From Candidatus Bathyarchaeia archaeon (GTDB lineage: Archaea > Thermoproteota > CALKCG01 > B24 > JAGTQN01), in NCBI GenBank assembly GCA_038850515.1, contig JAWCLV010000005.1, positions 688-64,687 on the forward strand: DNA of 64,000 nucleotides. The letters run 5' to 3'. Numbering within the stretch: position 1 is the first letter of the stretch; every line of letters starts with the position of its first letter. The notes beneath the pieces are model-generated. The model had not been told where the DNA came from. It saw only the letters and a list, made by a program, of their open reading frames with translations, and did not search any database. Below are positions 29,164-38,672 of the stretch, piece after piece. A program made the position numbers and the translations under genes.

Positions 29164-30561
29164 ATGGAATTGAAAGATCTTCTAGAAAAAGCCGTTCAAG
29201 ATGGATTGAAGGCTGGGGCAAGCTTCTGCGAAGCCCGTTTCTTCGAAGGAAGGAGCCATACCATATCTATCGAGAATGGCGTGGCAAGGTCCCTTAGCTT
29301 TGGTATACAAAGGGGCATAGGGATTCGTGTAATCTTAAAAGGAAGGTGGGGATTCGCCTCCACGAACAATCTTTCGGAAGGGAGTATCGAAAAGACCCTT
29401 CATGATGCCATAGGTGGGGCTAAGGCCCTTCTCTCCTTTAAGGGCGAGGAGGCCGATTTGTTCGAGGTTAAGCCCTCGAAGGATACAGTTCTGCATCGAG
29501 CGAAAATCAGTCCTGAGGATGTCGATCCCAAGGAAAAGGTTCAGAGAATGCTCGAGCTAGAAAGGGTAGCGAGGACCTTTAGCGATAGAGTGAAGGATAC
29601 CTTCCTTAGCTATAGGGACTACCTCACAAGGATTATCGTTTGTAACTCCTTCGGAACCTTGGTGGAGGAAGTAAGCCCAAGGACCTATGCCTACTGTAGC
29701 GTTATCTCTAGGGAGGCTGAAAACATGCAGATAGGCTTCGAGTATGTTGGAAACGTAGGAGGTTACGAAATTATAGAAGCAATACATCCCGATAACTTCT
29801 CGAAAAGGGCGGCGGAGAAGGCCGTAAGCCTCCTTAAGGCCCATTCCCCACCAAGGGGGACCTTCACGGTTGTCTTGGATCAAAAGGTTGGAGGGCTCTT
29901 CGTCCATGAGGCCTTCGGACATAATAGCGAGGGGGATCTCGTCTTCGGGGGGCAATCCATCGTTTCAGATAAGCTTGGACAGATGGTTGCGAGCGAGCTA
30001 GTCACCATCATCGATGATCCTACGATGCCAAGGAACGGACATTTTATCTACGACCACGAGGGCACGAGGGCGAAGCCCCATATTATCGTTGATAGAGGCA
30101 TCCTTAAAGGCTTCCTCCATTCCCTTGAATCGGCTGCCAAGTTGAAGGCTGAGCCCCAAGGAAGCGCCAGAGCCCAATCCCACCAGTTTCCGCCCATTGT
30201 TCGCATGTCTAATACATACTTCGCTCCTGGAGACTTCAGCCTTGAAGAGATCCTAGAGGATATAGACCTTGGCGTCTACCTTTCCGGAAGCCAATACGGC
30301 TATGTGGAGACTGAGAAGGGTCAGTTCACATGTAAAGTTGAGGAAGGTTGGTTAATAAAGGACGGTGAGCTCACGGAGCATCTTAGGGATGTCGCAATAA
30401 GTGGAATTACGCTAGATGCCCTTAAGAATGTGACAGCCGTCGGCAAGGACCTGAAGGTAGAGGCCCCTGGAACTTGCGGAAAGGATAACCAGGCAGCCCC
30501 TGTAGATTCTGGTTCCCCTCACATAAGGATCGAGGGAATCGTTGTGGGAGGAAGGCGCTGA
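29164..30561 (+). CDS. tldD: TldD metalloprotease
   Basis: GIGIRVI; HEAFGH (HExxxH); YDHEG; VRMSNTY; CGK...GSPHI. Confidence 0.93.
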   Translation: MELKDLLEKAVQDGLKAGASFCEARFFEGRSHTISIENGVARSLSFGIQRGIGIRVILKGRWGFASTNNLSEGSIEKTLHDAIGGAKALLSFKGEEADLFEVKPSKDTVLHRAKISPEDVDPKEKVQRMLELERVARTFSDRVKDTFLSYRDYLTRIIVCNSFGTLVEEVSPRTYAYCSVISREAENMQIGFEYVGNVGGYEIIEAIHPDNFSKRAAEKAVSLLKAHSPPRGTFTVVLDQKVGGLFVHEAFGHNSEGDLVFGGQSIVSDKLGQMVASELVTIIDDPTMPRNGHFIYDHEGTRAKPHIIVDRGILKGFLHSLESAAKLKAEPQGSARAQSHQFPPIVRMSNTYFAPGDFSLEEILEDIDLGVYLSGSQYGYVETEKGQFTCKVEEGWLIKDGELTEHLRDVAISGITLDALKNVTAVGKDLKVEAPGTCGKDNQAAPVDSGSPHIRIEGIVVGGRR

Positions 30562-30577
30562 GGAGGTGAGAGAAACG

Positions 30578-31936
30578 ATGTCGAAGGAGGAGCAAAGATT
30601 ACCAGACTTGGCTAAGCCAGCTGAGGAGGCCTTCAAGCTCCTTTCTAAGGAAACCCTAGATGCCTTCGATATCTTCGTCCTTTACTCCCGATCCTTGAGC
30701 ATCGAAATCCTAGGTAGGGGCATCAAGGAGGCTACTTCCCGGCTGGACCTTGGATTGGGTATCAGGGTTTTTAAGAATAAAGGCTTAGGGTTTGCCTTCA
30801 CCCAGAGTCTAGAGTCCCTGGATGTTGAGGCAACCATAAAGCGCGCCATAGCCTTCTCGAGGACAGCCCAACCCGATCCCTATTTTAGGGGGATCCCCGA
30901 ACCATCCAAGGCATCAGAGATCCCAGGACTCTTCGATAGGGAAATCGAAGCCTTAAAACTTGAGGAGGCGGGGGAGCTTGCCAAGAGGATGATAGATGCT
31001 GTAGAGGATGTGAGAAAGGGAGCCTTCTATCGTGGAAGCCTCTTGGCAGGCCATGGTAAAAGCCTTCTCATGACCTCTACAGGCGTAAATGTCGAAAGCG
31101 AGGGGACCTTCATATCCGCTTACGTTGCTCCAACCTACCGGGATGGGGAAGATGTAGGAAGCTCCTACGAATATGATGTTTCTAGGTCCCTAGCAGACAT
31201 GAACTTCGAGGAAATAGGAGCTACGGCTGCCAGAAAGGCCATTGAACAGTTCGGATCGAAGCGCATAGAGGGAGGCATCCTCCCGGTTGTTCTATCGCCC
31301 GATACGACCCAATCCCTTTGCGGTGCCCTTCTAGCGGCCTGCTCCGGTGAGGATGCCGTTAAGGCGCGAACCTTCGCATCCAATCTCCTCGGAAGGCAGA
31401 TCGCCCCGGCCTCCTTCGAAATCAAAGATGATGGAACGATCCCGGGCGCCGTTTCGAGCTCCACCTATGATGGGGAGGGAGTTCCTAGCAGGCCCCTTAA
31501 GGTCATAAGCCAAGGCACAATCGTTTCCTTCCTCCATAACTCCTACTCTGCTGGAATCATGGGCGTGAAAACAACTGGTCATGCGAAGAGGGTGGGCTAT
31601 GGGAGTTATGTGGGGGCTGGACCTACAAATGTTATTGTGAAGCCAGGGGATGGAACTATGGATGAGCTTATCGAGGAAATCCAGAGGGGAGTTCTCGTTT
31701 CTAGAGCTTCCTTGACACCGAACATGGTATCAGGGGAGCTTTCCTCCACTATTGACGAGGGCTTCTTTATCGAAAGGGGGGAAAAGATACATCCAGTTAA
31801 GAATCTAATGATTGGAGGCCACATCGTCGAGATCCTTAGGCGTATAGAGCTGATTTCTAAGGAAGGGCGCACGATAGGGAGGGGGCATTTCTTCCCTGCC
31901 ATAAAGGTATCCGAGATAAGGCTAGCGGGAAAATAA
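30578..31936 (+). CDS. pmbA: PmbA/TldE partner subunit
   Basis: GLGIRVF; YDGEGVP; no HExxxH; GAGGTG before ATG 30578. Confidence 0.9.
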   Translation: MSKEEQRLPDLAKPAEEAFKLLSKETLDAFDIFVLYSRSLSIEILGRGIKEATSRLDLGLGIRVFKNKGLGFAFTQSLESLDVEATIKRAIAFSRTAQPDPYFRGIPEPSKASEIPGLFDREIEALKLEEAGELAKRMIDAVEDVRKGAFYRGSLLAGHGKSLLMTSTGVNVESEGTFISAYVAPTYRDGEDVGSSYEYDVSRSLADMNFEEIGATAARKAIEQFGSKRIEGGILPVVLSPDTTQSLCGALLAACSGEDAVKARTFASNLLGRQIAPASFEIKDDGTIPGAVSSSTYDGEGVPSRPLKVISQGTIVSFLHNSYSAGIMGVKTTGHAKRVGYGSYVGAGPTNVIVKPGDGTMDELIEEIQRGVLVSRASLTPNMVSGELSSTIDEGFFIERGEKIHPVKNLMIGGHIVEILRRIELISKEGRTIGRGHFFPAIKVSEIRLAGK

Positions 31937-32018
31937 GGGATGGGGGAGCATAGGGGCTTTAATAGGATCAAAGGTTTGGAGGATCTGGAAGCCTCTAGGG
32001 CATAGTGTCCCCTCAACG

Positions 32019-33467
32019 CTATAGGATAACCAAGACCGCAAGGTCGTTGACGTTCGTCTTTGTCGGACCTGTGAAGATCAGATCCTTTAGAGCCGAGAAG
32101 AAACTATAGGAATCGTTGTTCCTTAGGAATTCCATGGGATCCAAACCCATTTCGCGGGCCCTTTCCATCGTATAGCCGTCTGCTATGGCACCAGCAGCAT
32201 CCGTAGGCCCATCTAGACCATCGGTTCCTATGGAGGCTATCGCTACACCCTTTAAGCCTTGGATGGCAAGGGAGGCCCCCAAGACGAGTTCCTGGTTCCT
32301 CCCCCCTTTGCCAGAGCCCCTTACTGTTACGGTAGTTTCGCCTCCAGCGACAATGACGGCAGGCCTCTGAACAGGCTTTCCAGAGGCTAGAACCTCGGCC
32401 ATGATTCCAGCATAGACGGTTCCTACATGCCTTGCCTCGCCTTGGATCAGGGATGAGAGGAGGAGGGCTCTAAAGCCAAGCCCTTCGGCCTTCCTGCAAG
32501 CAGCCTCGGCTGCAAGTCGATTGTTTCCAATGATTATATTATAGACCCTTTGGAAGATCCTATCCCCCGGTTTTGGAGTTTCAGGGATTTCACCCCTTAA
32601 ACCTGCCTCGATTCTTTCCTTTATGGAATCGGGGGCGGATGCCCAAACTCCGTATCTATCCAAGACTTCTTTGGCATCACGAAAGGTCGATGTGTCTGGA
32701 ACGGTCGGACCAGAAGCTATGGAATCGAGGGGATCCCCCACGATGTCCGAAAGGATGAGGCTTACCAAAGTTGCTGGATAGGCTGCCTTTGCCAATTGTC
32801 CACCCTTAATGGCTGAGATATGCTTCCTGACGGCGTTAACCTCCTTAATCGTTGCTGGAGTCCTGTTCACTAGGATCTGGGTAAGGCTCTGTTTATCCTC
32901 CAGGCTTATACCGGGAGAAGGAAGGGGCATAAGGGCCGAACCTCCGCCTGAGATGAGACAGAAAACAAGGGTTCTATCATCCAAGCCCTTCATGAGTTCT
33001 AGGATCTTCCTAGAGCCCTCTAAGCCATCCTTGTCCGGTATTGGGTGGCCAGCCTCGTTCAAGGCTATGCGCTTGGTCCTAAATTCTGAGGCGGTTCCCC
33101 TAAGAACATTGACGAGACCGGTGGAAATTTGGTCGCCTAAGATTTCTTCAAGGGCCTCAGCCATGGCTCCGCTTGCCTTCCCTCCCCCGACGACTAGGAT
33201 CCTATCGAAGGCCTTTAGATCGATGGTTAGGCTTCTAATCGTAACGATATCCCCACGTTTCTTTACAAAGTTGTTCACGGCAAGCCTAGGATCGACGGCT
33301 TCAACCCCAGCCTTCAAGACCTCTAAGGCGATTTTTCTGGCTTTCCTCTCCTCATCCGAGGGCGCATTATCCAAGATGGAGGCCTTGTTCAGGATTTCCA
33401 TTGCCTTTACCCATCTTCCATTGAGGAATGGACTGAAAATAACGTTTTCGGATGGGATCTGGATCAA
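32019..33467 (-). CDS. Glycerate 2-kinase (MOFRL/TtuD class II)
   Basis: VVGGGKA; AGHPIPD; LISGGGSAL; RKHISAIKGGQL; IASGPT; GGETTV; GGRNQE; DGLDG; TKTNVND; true start probably near MEILNK. Confidence 0.93.
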   Translation of the reverse strand: MIQIPSENVIFSPFLNGRWVKAMEILNKASILDNAPSDEERKARKIALEVLKAGVEAVDPRLAVNNFVKKRGDIVTIRSLTIDLKAFDRILVVGGGKASGAMAEALEEILGDQISTGLVNVLRGTASEFRTKRIALNEAGHPIPDKDGLEGSRKILELMKGLDDRTLVFCLISGGGSALMPLPSPGISLEDKQSLTQILVNRTPATIKEVNAVRKHISAIKGGQLAKAAYPATLVSLILSDIVGDPLDSIASGPTVPDTSTFRDAKEVLDRYGVWASAPDSIKERIEAGLRGEIPETPKPGDRIFQRVYNIIIGNNRLAAEAACRKAEGLGFRALLLSSLIQGEARHVGTVYAGIMAEVLASGKPVQRPAVIVAGGETTVTVRGSGKGGRNQELVLGASLAIQGLKGVAIASIGTDGLDGPTDAAGAIADGYTMERAREMGLDPMEFLRNNDSYSFFSALKDLIFTGPTKTNVNDLAVLVIL

Positions 33468-34822
33468 GGTTCATGCCAAGGAGTGAAGAGGTGAAGGCAT
33501 GAGGGCTCTTGGGTGGAAGACCAAGGATTGATCTTCTCTCTTCCATATCTTACTAGGGGCTTTGTAAGATGTCGGTGGCATCTTGGAGGAGTAGTGTAGA
33601 GGCCTTCCGTTATTTCTCTAGCTTCTTCCTTCAAAAGCTTCTTCGCCTCCCTATCCTTAAAGCCACATGTATCGCATCGAAAGCCCTTTTCCCTCCCCAT
33701 CGACTTCATGCGTTTTCCGCAGGAGGGGCATAGGGGATTTTCAAAGAAATATTTCGGAACGAGCTTAAGGATGCGGAGCTTCTCAAGGTTGATCGTAATG
33801 GCATGGTTCCTAGAGGCGGGCCTTACGCCCCCATATACTTCCACAAGGTCCCCCTCAATCAGTTTCTCGACGATCCTTCTAAAGTCGCCAGTGGGCTCGT
33901 AGGCTGCGCAATCGATGGAACGCTCTCCGTCAGTTATGGAGAATAGGACATGTCTTCCTTCTATTCTTCTTGGAGCCCGAGAAACCCTTCCTAGGGCTAT
34001 GATGGGCATGTAGGGCTTTACCGATGAAAGCCCCTTTTTTGGTCCTAAGTGGGAATCAGTTCCATGATTTGTCTTGAAGATGACCCATCGTTCAATTTCC
34101 TCGTAAACCTTCACTATCCTATGGGCCCTGTAAACGGCCTCTGGACTTTCCCCCCTTATCCCATAAAGGACAGGATCAGGGCCCCTAGGGGTCACGAGGA
34201 TTCTTCCTGTTTCGGCATCTAGATTGTTAAAGGTCTCAGGATATGTTTCCCGATCCATAGTTCTGATCGAATCCTCATCAACTCTTCTCGGAAGGTCTCT
34301 GTTCTCTTTTTTTCGATAGGCGATGAGTTCGTAGGTATGATCGCCTTGAAGCCTTTCCCCTATGGCTGCTAGGGCTCCGATGATTCCCCTACCTCTATTA
34401 TAGCCTATCGCCTCACCTCCAAAACGCTTTATGAGATCGATGGCTTCCTTCATGGTTACGAGGCTCTGGATCGCCCTTTTGCTAAAGGAGGCGAGCTCTT
34501 GGGGCAATTCTCCATAGATGAAAACCAAGCCTGGATCCGTCCCATTCCATTCGAAATCAGATTCCTCTTCGACAATGGTTATGGTAACCTCCTTAGCCTT
34601 CTCTATGGCTTCTTGGTTTCCAAAGACTCTCAAGGAAACGGCTCCGTTCCCCCTCGTTTTCCAAGGGACGTTTGGATTAAGCCTTACAAGGTTTGGGTAA
34701 TCGATGAACTTCAGACCAAGCTTGGAGAGGCGCTCAACAAGGAGGGCGCCTATGTAAGTTGTGCATCCACCCCTTGGTGAATCGGTATCATCAATACCAA
34801 TGTGGAGAAAATCGGGCTTCAT
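33464..34822 (-). CDS. tiaS: tRNA(Ile2) agmatinylcytidine synthetase
   Basis: HIGIDDTDS..GCTT; RLNPNVPWKTRGNG; PRGPDPVLYGIRG; TNHGTD; CPSCG...CDTC. Confidence 0.95.
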   Translation of the reverse strand: MKPDFLHIGIDDTDSPRGGCTTYIGALLVERLSKLGLKFIDYPNLVRLNPNVPWKTRGNGAVSLRVFGNQEAIEKAKEVTITIVEEESDFEWNGTDPGLVFIYGELPQELASFSKRAIQSLVTMKEAIDLIKRFGGEAIGYNRGRGIIGALAAIGERLQGDHTYELIAYRKKENRDLPRRVDEDSIRTMDRETYPETFNNLDAETGRILVTPRGPDPVLYGIRGESPEAVYRAHRIVKVYEEIERWVIFKTNHGTDSHLGPKKGLSSVKPYMPIIALGRVSRAPRRIEGRHVLFSITDGERSIDCAAYEPTGDFRRIVEKLIEGDLVEVYGGVRPASRNHAITINLEKLRILKLVPKYFFENPLCPSCGKRMKSMGREKGFRCDTCGFKDREAKKLLKEEAREITEGLYTTPPRCHRHLTKPLVRYGREKINPWSSTQEPSCLHLFTPWHEP

Positions 34823-35028
34823 TCCAATTTCCTTCCAATCTCCTTTAGCTTTCATCATTGCTACAAGCCATGCCCTTTCGAAGCCCAAACTCTTTCTCAT
34901 TTTTGGAGAAAGCCCAAATCCTTCTCGAAAAGATTCGAGACCTGAAGACCCTTCTTTTTCTTTTTCTTTTTCTTTTCATATAGCTACCAAGGAAGGTCTT
35001 ATGGTTGAAAAACGAGGGCTTGCTAGAA

Positions 35029-37425
35029 CTAGAATAATGTGGCTTGGCCACTAGGGACCTTGCCTTTTAGGGAGGGCACCTCCGAAACCACGAGGTCCTC
35101 TTCCTTTACACCAAACTGTTCAAGGACCCTTAGGGCAGCTGGTATGATTTGCCTCTCGGCATAGTATCGAAGGTCTATATCCTTTAGGGATGCCAGAATG
35201 TAGGGCTCCGCCTTATCGTAGAGACTTCCTGGCTTCGAGGTTATGACATACCCCACCTTATCCCCTAGTGAAAGCTTCCAGCCCCTTTGTATGAGCTTCT
35301 TGGCAGCCTCTACATGGGGTGCCCTAACCTTGTATTCCCTCAGATCCTTAGTAATGGTTTTCCAGAGGATCAGATCCTTATATGAGACCTTACCCATGAA
35401 AAGATCCTTGAGAAAGCTCCTCACGTATTCGACAGCCTTTTTGGGAGATTGTTCCTTCAGGATGATCTCAAGAACCCCTTCTTGGACCTTTCTCGCGGCC
35501 TCTGTCCAGTCTCCTCTAGCAACCTCCAGACCGACGATATCGAGGCGCCCATCTTGGAGGAGACCTGCATATCTTTTCTTTGCCTCTGTGAAGAGAATGC
35601 GTACGTAAATCTCATCGGGCTTTAGGGTTAGACCAAGCTTTTCCTGCATATGCTTCGAAAGGATCTCTATCTTCCTAGGATCGTTCTCCACGAAAAGGGA
35701 ATCTGTATCGCTGTAAAAAACTTCTAAGCCTAGGTTTTTCGCCTCCTTAAGGGCATCTAATATTGTAGCCCTACCCCAAGCCGTGACGGCTTCCGCCACA
35801 GGCTTCACATACCACCTAGCCCCTACCCATCCCGCATAGCCATAACAGGCATTCGTAACGGTCTTAATGGCTTTCTGTCTCGCATCGAGAAGCCTGTACT
35901 CGTAGCTGCTTTTTGGCAAGCCCTCCAAGCGTTTTCTCAGGGTCTCCCTGGCTTCCATCAGGCTTTTCAGGGCTCTGCGATAGAAGCCATCAGGCTCCTT
36001 AAGGAATCGATGACCGACCTCCGGCGCTACATAGACTCCTTGGGGGGGCTCAGGCTCATCGGGTTCAAGGTAAGTGTCTGGGGAGATGTTGAAGGCGACC
36101 ATGAGGCTTGGATAAAGAGCCTTAAAGTCTAAGACCGCCACATTCTCATGGATGCCTTTTTTTGGCTCGAGAACCACGGCTCCTTGATATGGAACGTATG
36201 GTTTCTCAACCCTCCTAGGTATGAGTTCATTAAATCTGTATGCCTGTCTGATGAGGTGGCTTTCAACCCGAAATCCTGTGGCAGCTGCCCCTACTTGATC
36301 CAAAGGTAGCCCTACGAGATTAGAGAGCTGAAAAGCGAAGTCCCTGAGGGCTTCGAAGATGCCTAGGATGGCCTCGGTATTCTCAACGCTCCATCTAAGA
36401 ATTATCTGGCGGCCAGAGGACGTATTCCAAAGCTCAGGAATGTCTACCTCCTCCAGAACTGTTCTTTTCTGAGGACTTCCAATGCCCAAGTATTCGGCGA
36501 TGTTATCGAGGGTCTTGACCTTCACCTCGGGGATGTCCTCGACAAAATCGAAAAGGTCTAGGTTCGCCCTTCCCGTAACGGAGATATGCCCATAAAGGCT
36601 TCCATGGGGCTCAGAGCCTATCCTATCGATTGAAAGCCTCATACCTAAGGTATGGCATCTTTCCAGAAGATAGGGCCAGTCCCTTCTGTTGCAACCATAT
36701 CCTACGATGATGTCTGGATCGGACTCATGGATGAGGCTTATGAAATTTTCAAGAACCTTTCTATCATCCCTATCATAGGCTGAGAGCTGCCTTATGTTTC
36801 CATCGTTAGTCTTTACAGAAATGATTGCCACAGGATCTTTTGACGGATTTGGGGATCCCGTCTCACTATAGCATACGATGGAGAAAGCGAGAATTCTGAG
36901 GCTTGGTTCCTTGGGCAATTCTATCGTTCTCGGAGGGCTTTCGGCCTCAAAAACCTCATCGACCCTGATGCCCTCCTTATGTCCAAGGGGCTTCGCCTCG
37001 ACCTCAAGCCAGCCACATGGATTCAAGTCATAATCGATAAGGTATCGTGAAGAGTAGCGGATGTCCTCCTCAAGGCATTCCCTGATTCCCTCTTCCTTCG
37101 AGAGTAAAGATGCGTAGTTCGCCATAAGATTCGGGTTTTTAAGGGAAATCTTCAAGACCTTCACGGGCTTTCCAAAGTAGCGCTTCTCTTCTATCTGAGC
37201 CTCCATATCTAAGGAAAGGTTAGCCTCAGCAGCCCGCCTTTTGATACCCTCCAAGGCATCTTCAGGTCTGCAATTCCCATCTAAAAGTAGGTAAAAGTAG
37301 GGCTTGAGGCTTCTATCTATAACGAGAACTCGCCGATCGTCTTCGCTAACTCCCCAAAGCCTTACCTCAGGTCTTCCATCCGTTACTTCGTAATTAATGT
37401 CGAGAAGGAAGAATCGAAGGATCAT
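35029..37425 (-). CDS. polB: Family B DNA polymerase (PolB3-like); polymerase motifs intact, exonuclease motifs degenerate
   Basis: DFKALYPS; KTVTNACYGY; YSDTDS; KKRYAG; GLEVARGDW; ExoI reads FSIVCY, ExoIII reads WSVEN. Confidence 0.95.
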   Translation of the reverse strand: MILRFFLLDINYEVTDGRPEVRLWGVSEDDRRVLVIDRSLKPYFYLLLDGNCRPEDALEGIKRRAAEANLSLDMEAQIEEKRYFGKPVKVLKISLKNPNLMANYASLLSKEEGIRECLEEDIRYSSRYLIDYDLNPCGWLEVEAKPLGHKEGIRVDEVFEAESPPRTIELPKEPSLRILAFSIVCYSETGSPNPSKDPVAIISVKTNDGNIRQLSAYDRDDRKVLENFISLIHESDPDIIVGYGCNRRDWPYLLERCHTLGMRLSIDRIGSEPHGSLYGHISVTGRANLDLFDFVEDIPEVKVKTLDNIAEYLGIGSPQKRTVLEEVDIPELWNTSSGRQIILRWSVENTEAILGIFEALRDFAFQLSNLVGLPLDQVGAAATGFRVESHLIRQAYRFNELIPRRVEKPYVPYQGAVVLEPKKGIHENVAVLDFKALYPSLMVAFNISPDTYLEPDEPEPPQGVYVAPEVGHRFLKEPDGFYRRALKSLMEARETLRKRLEGLPKSSYEYRLLDARQKAIKTVTNACYGYAGWVGARWYVKPVAEAVTAWGRATILDALKEAKNLGLEVFYSDTDSLFVENDPRKIEILSKHMQEKLGLTLKPDEIYVRILFTEAKKRYAGLLQDGRLDIVGLEVARGDWTEAARKVQEGVLEIILKEQSPKKAVEYVRSFLKDLFMGKVSYKDLILWKTITKDLREYKVRAPHVEAAKKLIQRGWKLSLGDKVGYVITSKPGSLYDKAEPYILASLKDIDLRYYAERQIIPAALRVLEQFGVKEEDLVVSEVPSLKGKVPSGQATLF

Positions 37426-37682
37426 GGCAATCGCTTTTTCAAAAGCTATTCGAGGCCCTGTAAAATAAACTTTGATGAATACATTTTCTTATTGAATCGA
37501 TGAGAAGTGCGTAAGATGTCAATATAGAGTAGAGGATTTATAGTCAGGGCATGAAAGATCTAATAGTTCGGGATTTAGGTTCTAGGTCTAATTCCAAGGG
37601 ACCTTCCATGAAATTATTCGGATATTTTTCACTTTCACTATACATGTAAATTGTGCCCAAATAAAAATGGGGATTAATAGCG

Positions 37683-38489
37683 CTATAGCTTTCGAAAGAT
37701 TCGCTCAATCTGGCGCTTGCAGAGGAAGAGATCTATGGCACCATAGCCCGAGAAGATCTCTATAACCATAGGGACATCCCTTCCTTTAAAAAGTTTTAAG
37801 ATGGAGGGGAAGTCTAGGTCCCCGAGACCCACGATGATATTCTTGAATCTGAGGTCCTCTGTAATATCGTTCACATGAAGTATGAGGATATGGTCCAAAA
37901 TCTTACTGGCATAGCGGGCCACATTGAAGTCATATGTAGCCGCGGCTGCAAGGTCTAGGCATATGCCTAGGTTTTTATGGTTTACCTTGCTGATAATTGT
38001 AAGGAGTTCCTCAGGGCTTTTGAGAAGTTTTGGCGAACCTCTCTCCCCATTTTCCAAGGCTAATTTTATCCCTATGTTTTCACCATATTCGCAAAGTTTT
38101 GTGCATAGTTCAACCATTTCCTCCATCTTAGATGCCCTTTTGCTCATTGAGAAGGGCGTGAAGCTAACCGTCGGCCCTCCCAACTCCCTGGCCAGATTAA
38201 TGGCATTCTTCACCCGCTTTTCGGATTCCTCCAACGTTCTTTGTCCATCGAGGAATAGGGCTCCTGCTTCGATCCCAACAACCCTCATCATATCCCGCTC
38301 CACAAACTCCTTGACAACCCTCAGTTCCTTAGATCCAAAACCGAAGGGGCGTTGGATGCCTTTGTCTTCGGCCCCCTCAGGAACTTTAAAGAACTCTAGA
38401 TCAAGGTATTTGAACCCGAGACTTACTAGGTCCCTCAACCAAACTTCAAAGGGCTCCTTGACATTGTGGGTTGAAGCTGCCAGTATCAC
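37683..38489 (-). CDS. Sugar phosphate isomerase/epimerase (xylose isomerase-like TIM barrel)
   Basis: KLALEN; LGICLD; LHVND; VGLGDLDF; MVIEI. Confidence 0.8.
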   Translation of the reverse strand: MILAASTHNVKEPFEVWLRDLVSLGFKYLDLEFFKVPEGAEDKGIQRPFGFGSKELRVVKEFVERDMMRVVGIEAGALFLDGQRTLEESEKRVKNAINLARELGGPTVSFTPFSMSKRASKMEEMVELCTKLCEYGENIGIKLALENGERGSPKLLKSPEELLTIISKVNHKNLGICLDLAAAATYDFNVARYASKILDHILILHVNDITEDLRFKNIIVGLGDLDFPSILKLFKGRDVPMVIEIFSGYGAIDLFLCKRQIERIFRKL

Positions 38490-38672
38490 ATGAAACGCCT
38501 TTCCTAAAAAGGAGCCCCAAGGTTATTAAATCTTCCAATCCCCCACTCAAATCGACTTTTGTTCTATTCGACGGAATATGGATTAAATCGATAGGCTGAG
38601 GCTATGGCATCGATTCCAAACAAAGGGGTTATATCATACATCTTTAGCTTGTTTAATGAGGAGGACCCAATT

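Noticed and set aside
29164-31936. TldD/PmbA as maturation protease for the CxP peptide
   Set aside because: About 32 kb away and widespread as a housekeeping pair; no linkage evidence
32809-33486. 225-aa antisense ORF (likewise 37924-38493 and many other overlapping short ORFs)
   Set aside because: Antisense shadows of well-supported genes
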